Source of the DNA: Chloroflexota bacterium
Lineage (GTDB): Bacteria > Chloroflexota > Dehalococcoidia > Lucifugimonadales > UBA2985
NCBI GenBank assembly: GCA_027622595.1
Contig: JAQBZZ010000003.1
Location: 6,014-70,013, forward strand
Direction: 5' to 3'
DNA: 64,000 nucleotides
Program-made: the position numbers and the translations under genes
Shown here: positions 8,082 to 17,774 of the stretch, one piece after another
Layout of the letters: the number at the start of each line of letters is the position of its first letter
Numbering within the stretch: position 1 is the stretch's first letter
The notes under the pieces: generated by a model
The model's database searches: none
The model's input: the letters and a program-made list of their open reading frames with translations, nothing else
What the model was told of the DNA's origin: nothing

Positions 8082-8863
8082 ATGGAACTACAACCGATAA
8101 TAGTATCAGCCGGACTGGTCATTGGGGTTCTCATCGGGCTCACAGGTATGGGGGGCGGTGCTTTGATGACCCCCTTCCTGATACTCATGGGAGTCCGGCC
8201 CTCCGTCGCCGTTGGCACAGACCTCTTCCAGATGATGTTCACCAAGTCCTTCGGTGCTTGGCAGCATCACCGTCAGGGTACGGTGAACTACCGCGTGGTG
8301 TTACCTCTGATCCGTGGGAGCCTTCCCGGCGCGCTGCTTGGAGTGGTGTTGCTGGTAGTACTCCGGGACAGCTTCGGCATATTCATGGACGTTTTCCTGG
8401 CCCGTCTTCTGGGAGGAGTGCTGACCCTGGTTGGAGTCGCCCTTCTCCTTCGCCTGCTCCTCCGACGGTGGTTTCGTATCGGTTGGAGTCATGGGAAGGG
8501 CTGTCCCTGGAGGGCATGGGAGCCTTCCTTCTTACGGGGCTGGGTGCAGTTGTAGGCTTGCTGGTGGGGCTTACATCGGTTGGCAGCGGCACCCTGTTCA
8601 TCGTAATACTGACCGCCCTGTTTCGCATATCAATGCGCACCATAGTTGGTACCGATGTCGCACACTCCGCTATTCTCACAGCGGGGGCAGGTCTGTTACA
8701 CTTAGGATTCGGGAATGTAGACTTGGTGCTGGCGGCGAATATCCTCGTCGGCTCCATTCCGGGGGTCATCGTGGGGAGCCGCCTCACCGTAAGGGTCCCA
8801 GAAAGAGGGCTCAGGGCCGTGGTGGCACTGGCATTGATGGCCGTGGGATTGAAATTGCTCTAG
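8082..8863 (+). pseudogene. TauE/SafE-family sulfite exporter / anion permease, interrupted by a frameshift near 8460-8515
   Basis: The N-terminal half (LIGLTGMGGGALMTPFLILMGV...AVGTDLF) is in the frame of ORF 8082-8555. The C-terminal half (GLGAVVGLLVGLTSVGSGTLFIVILT...IVGTDVAHS...) is in the frame of ORF 7955-8863. Confidence 0.7.
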
Positions 8864-8876
8864 TTGGAGGAATGAA

Positions 8877-9629
8877 TTGTTAGATCAGGCACGTGAGTTG
8901 ACGGCAGAAGACATGGATAGAATAAACCAGGACTTGGAGAATAAGTCCCCGCAGGAGATATTGGCGTGGGCTTTTGAGAAGTTTGCTCCTGACATTGTGC
9001 TGGCGTGCAGCTTCGGCGGTGGTTCAGGCATGGTGCTGCTGGACATGGCGGCGCAGATATATCCTCAGATCAAGGTGTTCTACCTTGATACCGACTTTCT
9101 CTTCCCGGAGACCTATGCACTCCGTGACGAGGTGGCCAGGCGATACGGCGTCTCGCCGGTGGGCTTCAAGTCCCGCCTCACGGTGGCGGAGCAGGCAGCC
9201 CAGTACGGTGAGGCTCTATGGAGCCGTGACCCCGATCTCTGCTGCGAACTCCGGAAGGTTGAGCCAAACCAGCGCGCCCTTGAGGGAGAACGGGCCTGGA
9301 TATCCGGCCTACGACGTGACCAGTCTCCCACTCGCCGCGACATGCAGGTGGTATCCTGGGACACCCAGTTCAACCTTGTGAAGCTGGCTCCTCTGGCCGC
9401 CTGGGGAGAAGCCCAGGTGATGGACTACGTTCACGAGCACAAAGTGCCGTACAACCCCCTCTACGATCAGGGGTATCTCAGCATCGGGTGCATGCAATGC
9501 ACCCGTGCCGTCAAACCGGGAGAAGACCCTCGGGCCGGTCGCTGGGCCGGTACAGACAAAATAGAATGTGGCATCCACCTGCCTGGGCAGGAGCCCGTAG
9601 AGCAGGGGACTGCCGGAGGTGCAAAGTAA
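8877..9629 (+). CDS. cysH: adenylylsulfate/phosphoadenylylsulfate reductase (CysH, Fe-S type)
   Basis: [31 protein letters not shown] and KIECGIH motifs. GGAGGA precedes the TTG start. Confidence 0.9.
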   Translation: MLDQARELTAEDMDRINQDLENKSPQEILAWAFEKFAPDIVLACSFGGGSGMVLLDMAAQIYPQIKVFYLDTDFLFPETYALRDEVARRYGVSPVGFKSRLTVAEQAAQYGEALWSRDPDLCCELRKVEPNQRALEGERAWISGLRRDQSPTRRDMQVVSWDTQFNLVKLAPLAAWGEAQVMDYVHEHKVPYNPLYDQGYLSIGCMQCTRAVKPGEDPRAGRWAGTDKIECGIHLPGQEPVEQGTAGGAK

Positions 9630-10234
9630 TGACACAGGTTAATCTCAACCGCCAGGATAAGGGATTCACGCTCTGGTTCACCGGGCTCTCAGGAGCTGGT
9701 AAGAGCACCATCGCCGAGAAGGTGTATCAAAACCTCAAAGAGGCGGGCAGGAACGTGGAGATGCTGGACGGCGATGTGGTGCGTACAAACCTGAGCAAGG
9801 GCCTTGGGTTCAGCAAAGAGGACAGGGACACCAACATACGGCGCATAGGGTTTGTGAGCAAACTTTTGAGCCGGAATGGGACAATCGCCATCGTCGCCGC
9901 TATTTCACCCTACAGGGATGTGCGTGATGAAGTGCGCGAAGAGATCGGCGACTTCGTTGAGGTGTTTGTGGAGTGCTCACTGGAGGAGTTGACAAGGCGC
10001 GACGTTAAAGGCCTGTATGAAAAGGCCATTCGCGGAGAGATAAAGAACTTCACAGGCGTATCCGACCCCTACGAGGAGCCTCTGAACCCGGAGGTGGTTG
10101 TCAACTCTCAGCATGAGAGTGTGGAGGAGAGCATTTCCAAGGTGATGGCCAAACTCAACGAGATGGGGTATCTGTCTGCCGACATGGCAACTGGAGGATC
10201 ATCTCCGATGGTGGGCACAGGGAGAAACGCATGA
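9629..10234 (+). CDS. cysC: adenylylsulfate kinase
   Basis: [17 protein letters not shown] (P-loop) and LDGDVVR. The ATG overlaps the cysH stop (TAATG). The track ORF start at 9488 lies inside cysH. Confidence 0.9.
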   Translation: MTQVNLNRQDKGFTLWFTGLSGAGKSTIAEKVYQNLKEAGRNVEMLDGDVVRTNLSKGLGFSKEDRDTNIRRIGFVSKLLSRNGTIAIVAAISPYRDVRDEVREEIGDFVEVFVECSLEELTRRDVKGLYEKAIRGEIKNFTGVSDPYEEPLNPEVVVNSQHESVEESISKVMAKLNEMGYLSADMATGGSSPMVGTGRNA

Positions 10235-11406
10235 CCACTCAAGTAAAAGATGACATGAAATTGACACCTCCACACGGAGGCACACTGATCAATGGATACG
10301 CCGTGGAAGACCAGACCCAGGCTCTCAGGGAAGAAGCCAGTGGTCTTCCAAGCGTAGTTATCAACGCAAGGCAGCTTTCCGATGCCCACATGATAGCCCA
10401 GGGGGCCTTCAGTCCGCTGCAGGGCTTCATGGGTCATGAGGACTACAGTGCCGTCGTCAAGGACATGCACCTGGCAAATGGCCAACCCTGGCCCATCCCG
10501 GTAACTCTGGCGGTGGACTCCCACCAGGCCGCGGAACTCAAAGAGGGAAAGCGGATTGCTCTGTCCATGGGGGACGGAGAGGTTGTCGGAGTTCTCTCTT
10601 TGCAGGGGAAATTCCGCCGCGATAGGGAGGAAGAGGCCCTGGCGGTCTATCGTACCACAGAGGAACAGCACCCCGGGGTGGCCAACCTGTACCAGGACGG
10701 AGATGTGATTCTGGGTGGAAAGGTAACTCTGTTCCCCGGGCTTCCTGCCTTGGAGGATGGTATCTTACCTCACTACCGCACTCCGTCCCAGACCAGGGAG
10801 GCTATATCTCAGTTGGGATGGTATACTGTGGTCGGTTTTCAGACCCGCAACCCTGTGCACCGTGCCCACGAGTATATCCAGAAGTGCGCTCTGGAGGCGG
10901 TGGACGGCCTTCTGCTTCATCCACTGGTAGGAGAGACCAAGAGCGACGATATCCCCGCTTCTGTGCGCATGCGTTGCTATCAAGTGCTGTTGGAAAATTA
11001 CTACCCACAAGATAGAGTGCTCCTCTCGGTATATCCCGCATTCATGCGCTACGCGGGGCCCAGAGAGGCCATCTTCCATGCTCTGGTGCGCAAGAACTAC
11101 GGTTGCACTCACTTCATCGTTGGGCGAGACCACGCCGGGGTCGGGAACTACTACGGGCCTTACGACGCCCAGCATATCTTCAAGGAGTTCCAGCCGGGGG
11201 CTTTGGGGATAACCCCGCTGTTCTTCGAGAACTCCTTCTTCTGCCGCCAGTGCCACGGGATGGCAACGGAGAAAACCTGCCCTCATGGTGCTGACCACAG
11301 AGTCAGCCTGAGTGGTACACAAGTGCGGGAGATGCTGGCCAAGGGGGAGATGCCGCCGGAGGAGTTCACACGTCCGGAAGTAGCCAAGGTGCTGATGGAG
11401 TCCTAG
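10231..11406 (+). CDS. sat: sulfate adenylyltransferase (ATP sulfurylase)
   Basis: [13 protein letters not shown] and GRDHAGVG motifs. ATGA overlap with cysC. Confidence 0.9.
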   Translation: MTTQVKDDMKLTPPHGGTLINGYAVEDQTQALREEASGLPSVVINARQLSDAHMIAQGAFSPLQGFMGHEDYSAVVKDMHLANGQPWPIPVTLAVDSHQAAELKEGKRIALSMGDGEVVGVLSLQGKFRRDREEEALAVYRTTEEQHPGVANLYQDGDVILGGKVTLFPGLPALEDGILPHYRTPSQTREAISQLGWYTVVGFQTRNPVHRAHEYIQKCALEAVDGLLLHPLVGETKSDDIPASVRMRCYQVLLENYYPQDRVLLSVYPAFMRYAGPREAIFHALVRKNYGCTHFIVGRDHAGVGNYYGPYDAQHIFKEFQPGALGITPLFFENSFFCRQCHGMATEKTCPHGADHRVSLSGTQVREMLAKGEMPPEEFTRPEVAKVLMES

Positions 11407-11440
11407 TTCAGAAGTCGAGCTGGCACTCTCTTTTGATGCA

Positions 11441-11812
11441 ATGTCTGTAAGTCGAAGAAGCACCCAGGAGTATGCCGATGCGCTGCTGGCGTCGCCCTCG
11501 GCCCGCATATCGGTGACGCTGAAAAGATGGACGACCGGCGTCACCCTGTTGCACAGGCGCAGGGCCATAGCCAGGTGCCACGCTTCCAGGGTCGGCCTGT
11601 GGACGGCCGCATTCATGGCCCAGGCCCTTGGAGTAGACATCCCACCGGTGGGGGAAGCGGTGACCACACAGGTGTCTTCAGGAACCCTCTGGCGTGCCGT
11701 TGGTATCTCCAGCCTTGACCTGCGAAAGAGAGAGGCCCGTGTGCTGCTACAGCGTCTGCTGGAGGAGGCGGAGATGCAGCGGGCCGTCGGCACCGGGGCA
11801 GAATCACACTAG
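11441..11812 (+). CDS. hypothetical ORF (weak)
   Basis: The only sizeable ORF in the 440-bp gap after sat. No recognisable motif and no clear RBS. Confidence 0.2.
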   Translation: MSVSRRSTQEYADALLASPSARISVTLKRWTTGVTLLHRRRAIARCHASRVGLWTAAFMAQALGVDIPPVGEAVTTQVSSGTLWRAVGISSLDLRKREARVLLQRLLEEAEMQRAVGTGAESH

Positions 11813-11850
11813 GTTAGTTCCTAGCCACATATCTCATTGAGATGTAACGT

Positions 11851-12225
11851 CTATTCGCTCACCGGGACGTCGTGTGACGCTTCATCGCGGCTTGCCATGT
11901 ATCCTCCCACCATCGCTCCCACCGACCCCAGCACGGTGGTGTAGACCAGGACCATTATGCCGATGATGGTCAGGATGTCGCTATCCACCCAGGAATTCAG
12001 CGACGGGACAAGCTTATCTAGTGCCAGCACAGCCCCGACGGGAAGCACCATGAATAGCCCCATTAGAGCACCTATCACGAGTGCCTGTTCCGGCTCAGCG
12101 CGGTGCTTGCTTCCGGCGAACCATCCGCCGATCAACGGCCCTATGGGGGCGGTGACGAAGTGGATCAATGGCGGCAGGAAGCAACCCAGGCTTATTGCGA
12201 ATCCCATCAACGCGTGTTTAATCAT
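11851..12225 (-). CDS. small integral membrane protein
   Basis: 124 aa with about 4 hydrophobic helices. Overlaps the upstream membrane-protein ORF by 8 nt. Confidence 0.6.
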   Translation of the reverse strand: MIKHALMGFAISLGCFLPPLIHFVTAPIGPLIGGWFAGSKHRAEPEQALVIGALMGLFMVLPVGAVLALDKLVPSLNSWVDSDILTIIGIMVLVYTTVLGSVGAMVGGYMASRDEASHDVPVSE

Positions 12226-12691
12226 AATTACTCTCTGGATTTTCGATCTGGTCAGTGTGTTCCCGCATTTGCCTGAATAGATCGAAAGAGAGAGGCCATT
12301 GGTCGGCTAGAGCAAGTTTAGCCCGCCGGTCACTTGGATCGTCTGGAATAGCTTTAACGAAGATGCTTCCAACCCAGGCTAAGGGAACTCCGATGGGGAT
12401 CAGTAGAAGGCGCAGAGGCGGTGCTTTTTCCCACAGCCAACTTGTACTGACTAACAGGGTAACGATGATTGCCCAGATCAAGCTGAAGGGTAGTAAGAAC
12501 AATACTCCACCTGGTACTAAACGCTTAACTATGCTAAGTATAAGGAGTAAAGGCAACGTGATTATCAACGAAGGCACTAACAACAAGAAGTTGCCGATGG
12601 TCACTAATCCTTTAGCTACGACGGTGAGTAAGGTCGGATTATCTCCAAGCCGCCCCATCATATCTTCGTATTCCCATTCTCTGTCGTTCAT
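12218..12691 (-). CDS. integral membrane protein, hypothetical
   Basis: 157 aa with several TM segments, in an AT-richer stretch. Confidence 0.6.
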   Translation of the reverse strand: MNDREWEYEDMMGRLGDNPTLLTVVAKGLVTIGNFLLLVPSLIITLPLLLILSIVKRLVPGGVLFLLPFSLIWAIIVTLLVSTSWLWEKAPPLRLLLIPIGVPLAWVGSIFVKAIPDDPSDRRAKLALADQWPLSFDLFRQMREHTDQIENPESNYD

Positions 12692-12737
12692 CGCTTCGCT
12701 GACCTCGATCTACCTTGCATGCGTGCTTTCAGTTCTC

Positions 12738-14603
12738 CTACAAAAACTCCTTCACCTTTTTGGCCAGGGTGCGCGTCATGCCCGGGACCGCGGCCAACTC
12801 TTCCATCGAGGCTTCTTTGACGCCCCTTACCGACCCGAACTTCCGTATCAGCATACGCCTTCGTTTGGGGCCGATGCCGGGCACAAGGTCCATCGCCGAC
12901 TGCATGCCTTTTTTGGTGCGGCTCTTCTGGTGGTACGTGATGGCAAAGCGGTGGGCCTCATCGCGTAGTCTCTGCACCAGGAACAGGGCAGGGGAGCCTC
13001 GTGGCAGCTTGATCGACTCCGGCGTATCCCGCACGAATATCTCTTCCTGCTGCTTTGCCAGGCTGGCCAGCGGGACGTTGTCGATGCCAAGCTCCAGGAA
13101 AACCTCGACAACGGCGTTCAGATGTCCCTTACCCCCGTCGATGAGCACAAGGTCGGGGATGATCCCCCAGGTCTGGCCGCTCTCCTGGCCGTCCTTGTTA
13201 CGGCCAAGGCGCTGAAAGCGGCGCCGCAGCATCTCCTGCATCATGGAGTAGTCGTCTATGCCCTCCACCGTCTTTATCTTGAACCTGCGGTAGTGCGACG
13301 ACTTGGACACGCCATTTTCGAAGACCACCATGCTCCCGACAGGAGTATTGCCCTGTATGTTGGATATGTCGTAGCACTCCATGCGACGGGGCATCCTTGG
13401 CAGGTTGAGCCTCTCCTGAATCTCCTCCATCGCCGACTCCAGGGTATCGGTGTCGGCAAGCCACTTCACCTTCAATTGCTCGAACCCGCGTGTTGCGTTC
13501 TCCGCCACCATATCGACCAGCTTGCGTTTCTCACCCCGTTCGGGCACCCGAATTTCCACCCTCTTGCCGCGCTTCTGCTCCAACCACTGATGAATCAGGT
13601 CGCCGTCGTCCAGCGGGTGTTGCAGCAGCAGACGTGGGGGGATCTGCGGCACCGAGTCGTAGTACTGCTTGACGAAGTCCGCCATGACACGCGTCGGCTC
13701 GTCGTCCTGCACGCCGCCCATTATGAAGTGGTCTCTGCCTATCAGCTTGCCGCGCCGCACAAAGAAGACCTCCACCCACGCCTCGTCCCTTCCACGCGCC
13801 AGTGCGATAACGTCCTGGTCCTCTTCGGCCAGCGAGACTACCTTCTGACCCTCGGTCACACGCTCGATGGCACGCAACTGGTCACGCAACAACGACGCTC
13901 TTTCGAACTCAAGGGCCTCAGCGGCGGCCTCCATTTTGCCCCGCAGGTCCTTCACCACCGCCTCCGTCCTACCCTCCATGAACATCACAACCTGGTCGAT
14001 GACCTTGCGGTACTCCTCCTTGGTGGCCGTGCCTATACATGGGGCCACGCAACGGTTGATGAAGTGCTCCAGGCAGGGTCGTGGGTCATTTCCGGTGATC
14101 TCACGGGTGCAGGAGCGGTATGGGAACAGTTTCTTAAGCAGGTCCATGGTCTTGCGCACGGAGCCGGCGCTGGCGTATGGGCCGAAGTAGCGGGCGCCGT
14201 CGTTGGATACACGACGGGTGATGTACACCTGTGGAAACTCCTCGTTGAGGCCGATCTTCAGGTACGGATATGTCTTGTCGTCCTTGAGGCGGGAGTTGTA
14301 CTTGGGGCGACGGCTCTTGATGAAGGTATTTTCTAAGATGAGGGCTTCCGCCTCCGACTCGGTGACGATGAACTCGAAGTCCCTGACCCTGGCGACCAGA
14401 TGGCGTATCTTGGTCTCCATGTTGGCGGGCGAGCCGAAGTACGATTGAAGTCGGTGGCGCAGGCTGGAGGCCTTGCCGACGTATAGCACCTCGCCCTGGG
14501 CGTCCTTCAACAGGTACACCCCCGGCCGGGTGGGGGTGGCCTTGAGTTGCTCGGATAGAGTAGTGTTTACCATACCATTGAATTTTAGCATAGCGAACAG
14601 CAA
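12738..14603 (-). CDS. uvrC: excinuclease ABC subunit C
   Basis: GIY-YIG N-terminus (PGVYLLKDAQGEVLYVGKASSLRHRLQSYF) and a C-terminal HhH region. The start may be TTG 14603 or ATG 14573. Confidence 0.9.
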   Translation of the reverse strand: MLFAMLKFNGMVNTTLSEQLKATPTRPGVYLLKDAQGEVLYVGKASSLRHRLQSYFGSPANMETKIRHLVARVRDFEFIVTESEAEALILENTFIKSRRPKYNSRLKDDKTYPYLKIGLNEEFPQVYITRRVSNDGARYFGPYASAGSVRKTMDLLKKLFPYRSCTREITGNDPRPCLEHFINRCVAPCIGTATKEEYRKVIDQVVMFMEGRTEAVVKDLRGKMEAAAEALEFERASLLRDQLRAIERVTEGQKVVSLAEEDQDVIALARGRDEAWVEVFFVRRGKLIGRDHFIMGGVQDDEPTRVMADFVKQYYDSVPQIPPRLLLQHPLDDGDLIHQWLEQKRGKRVEIRVPERGEKRKLVDMVAENATRGFEQLKVKWLADTDTLESAMEEIQERLNLPRMPRRMECYDISNIQGNTPVGSMVVFENGVSKSSHYRRFKIKTVEGIDDYSMMQEMLRRRFQRLGRNKDGQESGQTWGIIPDLVLIDGGKGHLNAVVEVFLELGIDNVPLASLAKQQEEIFVRDTPESIKLPRGSPALFLVQRLRDEAHRFAITYHQKSRTKKGMQSAMDLVPGIGPKRRRMLIRKFGSVRGVKEASMEELAAVPGMTRTLAKKVKEFL

Positions 14604-14617
14604 TGTGCTTATGAACT

Positions 14618-14716
14618 GTCATTGCGAGGAGGAGGCAGCCGACGAAGCAATCAGCCATACCTCACGAGCGGACAAACCATACCGCTCACGTCCTTCGACA
14701 GACTCAGGGTGAGCGG
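14618..14716. repeat. GTCATTGCGAGG...CGACGAAGCAATC / TTCGACAGACTCAGGGTGAGCGG repeat element
   Basis: Shares its termini and core with the elements at 46553-46663 and 33250-33440. Confidence 0.6.
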
Positions 14717-14724
14717 GTTATATT

Positions 14725-14756
14725 TTCGGCAATCCAGTACGTCTTGGATTGCCGAA
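14725..14756. other. perfect 12-bp stem hairpin in the uvrC/ispH divergent region
   Basis: TTCGGCAATCCA - 8-nt loop - TGGATTGCCGAA. Confidence 0.6.
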
Positions 14757-14859
14757 CGCGGTCCAATTAAAGCTTGCCTACCAAAGAAGCGTGCAGGGTA
14801 TACCCCGCACGCTTCTTTGCATATAATGCTCCGAGGAGAAATACGGAGTTTACCAAGTT

Positions 14860-15765
14860 ATGGAAGTAGTCCTTTCCGCCCCAAGGGGTTTCTGTGCCGG
14901 CGTCGTGCGGGCCGTGGACGTGGTGGAGTTGTGCCTTGAACGCTTCGGCTCACCCGTCTACGTGCGGCGGGAGATAGTCCACAACCCCCACGTGGTATCC
15001 AGCCTTAAAAGCAAGGGAGCCGTCTTCGTCGAGGAGTTGGACGATGTTCCTGAAGGTCAGCGGGTGATCTTCAGCGCCCACGGTGTCTCCCCCGCCGTCT
15101 GGAAGCATAGCCGGGAACGGGGGCTAAAAGTGGTGGATGCCACCTGTCCACTGGTCACAAAGGTGCATCTGGAGGCATTGAAATACGCCAGTGAGGGCTA
15201 CTCCATATTCCTGATAGGGCATACAGGCCATGACGAGGTCATAGGGACGATGGGCGAAGCTCCTGAGTCGAGCATCCTGGTCGAGGATATAGCACGTGCC
15301 CGCACCGTTCAGGTCCCCGATCCTGAGAGGGTGGTTGCCCTGACACAGACCACGCTGAGCGTGGATGACACAAGCGAGATAATGAGGGTGCTCAAGGAGC
15401 GGTTTCCAAACCTGGTCAGCCGCAACGACATCTGCTACGCCACCACCAACCGGCAGGCGGCGGTCAAAGCCATCACTAAAGAAGTTGACCTTGTACTGGT
15501 CATCGGCGCCCAGAACTCTTCCAACTGCAACCGGTTGCGGGAAGTGGCCGAGGCCGAGGGAGTGCCGGCCTACCTGATAAGCGGCCCCGCAGACATCCAG
15601 GACGAGTGGCTGGAGGGCGTTGAGCGCGTTGGCATTACATCAGGAGCGTCTACGCCGGAGCGCCTGGTTGACGAGGTTGTGGCCAGCCTGAAGCCCACAA
15701 GGGTACGCAACGTGGAATTGGTGGAGGAGGTCGTCTTCTTCCCACTTCCCAGAACCCTGCGGTAG
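14860..15765 (+). CDS. ispH: 4-hydroxy-3-methylbut-2-enyl diphosphate reductase
   Basis: SAPRGFCAGVVRAV, FSAHGVSP, DATCPLV and GHTGHDEV. Confidence 0.92.
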   Translation: MEVVLSAPRGFCAGVVRAVDVVELCLERFGSPVYVRREIVHNPHVVSSLKSKGAVFVEELDDVPEGQRVIFSAHGVSPAVWKHSRERGLKVVDATCPLVTKVHLEALKYASEGYSIFLIGHTGHDEVIGTMGEAPESSILVEDIARARTVQVPDPERVVALTQTTLSVDDTSEIMRVLKERFPNLVSRNDICYATTNRQAAVKAITKEVDLVLVIGAQNSSNCNRLREVAEAEGVPAYLISGPADIQDEWLEGVERVGITSGASTPERLVDEVVASLKPTRVRNVELVEEVVFFPLPRTLR

Positions 15766-15876
15766 CGCCTGGAGCTTCACCGGAGAAGTCCCATGTCTGG
15801 AGTAGCCAGGGCCTGCGCCCCTAATCCTGTATTCCATTGTCACTCCGAAGCAGATTACACCTGGTGTTGTGTCGGG

Positions 15877-17118
15877 TTATTGGTCCGCTTTCTTCTGGGG
15901 GCGCAGCAAGAGTCGCAGCCCAATGGGTGTCATGAGTGTGGTGGTGATAGCCACTATAACTACTGCCGAAAACATTGACGACACGACAGAGGGAACAGGC
16001 TCCGGCACTATGAACAGCCCTGCCTCCAGGGCTACGGTTGCGACAATGAGCTCCACCGCACCACGTCCATTCATGCTGACGCCAATCGCTAAGCTCTCCC
16101 GCCAAGGCATGCCGGTCAGCAGCGCAGGAATGCTACACCCCAACAACTTCCCCCCTATGGCAGCACCCAAAAGGGCCGTCGTAAACCACGCGGCTTCACG
16201 AAACGCACTAGCGTCCAGATGCAATCCGATGGACACAAAGAAAATGGGCGCAAGAAAGCCCAGCGTTATACCCTTGACCTTCTCTTCCATATCTACCAGG
16301 TGCTTTCTGCTATGGATGACCTGCTCAGAAACCATGAGGCCGCCTACAAACGCACCGATGATGAAGTGCATTCCCAGTGCCTCCGCCAGAACTGCCATAG
16401 CCAGACCGAAGGCCGTGAAAACGGTAAAATGAAGCTCAGCGGACTTGGTAGTGGGCAATAACTTGTCCACCATCGGCACAATGTAGCGCCCCACTGGTAT
16501 GCTCACGGCAAGGAACATCGCCACCTTTCCCAGAATGAGCAGTATCTGTCCGGCGGAAATGGAACCACCAGCAGAAAGGATGGTTGTTAGAAAACTCAGC
16601 AGCACGAGGCCCGCGATATCATCTATGACCGCAGCGTTGATTATGGTGCTACCCACACGGGAGCGCAGGTGTCCAAGGTCAATCAAGGCCCGGACGCTCA
16701 CGGGTATCGCGGTAATGGTCAGTGCTACGCCCAGAAAGAGCGTCTGCGCAAACTTGTACTCGGAGGCAGGAAGGAACGCCCACCCTACTAGGGTTCCCAG
16801 AAGGAGTGGTATCATGACCCCTCCTGCCGCGACAGGGACACCTACCTTGGAAGCCCACAAAACGTCTCGAAGGTTAACCTCAAGGCCTGCCATGAACATC
16901 AGGAAGAAGATTGCCACATCCAGGAGGCCCTTAAAGAAAATGTCATCGGTGATGTCCAGGATGTGCAAACCGCTCCATGGAATCACAAGTAGGGCAACGC
17001 CTAGGATAACTCCAACGAGAAGCTCACCAAGGAGGCCAGGGAGCTTGACGCGTTCCATTAGCTCGCCGCCAGTTCGGGCAGCACCTATGACAATGAGGAT
17101 GACGAGAAATATCTCCAA
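15877..17118 (-). CDS. cation:proton antiporter (CPA2 / Kef-type)
   Basis: 413 aa, polytopic. N-terminal GGELMERVKLPGLLGELLVGVILG is typical of the Na_H_exchanger family. Confidence 0.85.
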   Translation of the reverse strand: MEIFLVILIVIGAARTGGELMERVKLPGLLGELLVGVILGVALLVIPWSGLHILDITDDIFFKGLLDVAIFFLMFMAGLEVNLRDVLWASKVGVPVAAGGVMIPLLLGTLVGWAFLPASEYKFAQTLFLGVALTITAIPVSVRALIDLGHLRSRVGSTIINAAVIDDIAGLVLLSFLTTILSAGGSISAGQILLILGKVAMFLAVSIPVGRYIVPMVDKLLPTTKSAELHFTVFTAFGLAMAVLAEALGMHFIIGAFVGGLMVSEQVIHSRKHLVDMEEKVKGITLGFLAPIFFVSIGLHLDASAFREAAWFTTALLGAAIGGKLLGCSIPALLTGMPWRESLAIGVSMNGRGAVELIVATVALEAGLFIVPEPVPSVVSSMFSAVVIVAITTTLMTPIGLRLLLRPQKKADQ

Positions 17119-17259
17119 CTAGTCCCTCTTGGCTTCTTCGCCTGTGCTTGCTACTCCCACCATGTGCTTAATCCAGAGGCATAGCACGACGAACCTCTAA
17201 TAAATAACAGAGGGTCAGGCTCTTCGGCAGCGTAGCTGAGCAGATTCGCCTGACTTCGG

Positions 17260-17595
17260 TTATCTCAGCACTACGGTGAAGACAGCCAGGATCATAAGGA
17301 CAAGCGCCGTGATAATCCCGATGCGTTTGATCTCGGGCCAGATGTACGGGTTATGAGTGCGGGCGGCAGGAACTGGAGCGCGCCTCTCCTGGATGACGCT
17401 TCTGCGCGCATCAGGGGTACGGGATTCCAGGGTCGGTGCTGCTGGTGTTGCCCTCGGCGTCATACCGGGGGTAGCCGTTTCTATCCGGGCAGCGGGTATG
17501 CTGGCCTCAACTCCAGAGTGGTGCTTTGGAGCTCTCCGTTTTCTCTCTCTAAGCTCTGCCTGTTTCGAGGCCACTCGCCGCGACTTGTTAGGCAT
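17260..17595 (-). CDS. hypothetical basic protein with C-terminal TM anchor
   Basis: 111 aa with an Arg/Lys/Pro-rich N-terminus and a single C-terminal helix IGIITALVLMILAVFTVVL. Confidence 0.5.
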   Translation of the reverse strand: MPNKSRRVASKQAELRERKRRAPKHHSGVEASIPAARIETATPGMTPRATPAAPTLESRTPDARRSVIQERRAPVPAARTHNPYIWPEIKRIGIITALVLMILAVFTVVLR

Positions 17596-17774
17596 CAGAT
17601 AGTCTCCTATTCATCTTCATCGCACTTATTGCGGTTCCACTCCCTATAGCATAAGGCTCAATGAGCAATGATGGAAGGGGTGTGAACGCGAAATCCGGCT
17701 TAATCATATAGTGCCTTATCGCTCGGCTAAACCTTTTGACCTGGTAGGTGGCATCTCATGAAGGGCTTTCAGGG

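Noticed and set aside
9488-9628. Extended N-terminus of the cysC track ORF
   Set aside because: It lies within the cysH coding region in another frame. The ATG at 9629 overlapping the cysH stop precedes the conserved kinase N-terminus.
10765-11793. 342-aa minus-strand ORF
   Set aside because: Mostly antisense to sat, which has clear ATP-sulfurylase motifs. Its Arg/Ser/Ala-rich composition is typical of antisense frames.
13122-14336. 404-aa plus-strand ORF
   Set aside because: Shadow ORF antisense to uvrC, with no recognisable domain.
15869-17122. Two plus-strand ORFs (187 and 207 aa)
   Set aside because: Antisense to the CPA2 antiporter gene. The minus-strand product is a coherent polytopic transporter.
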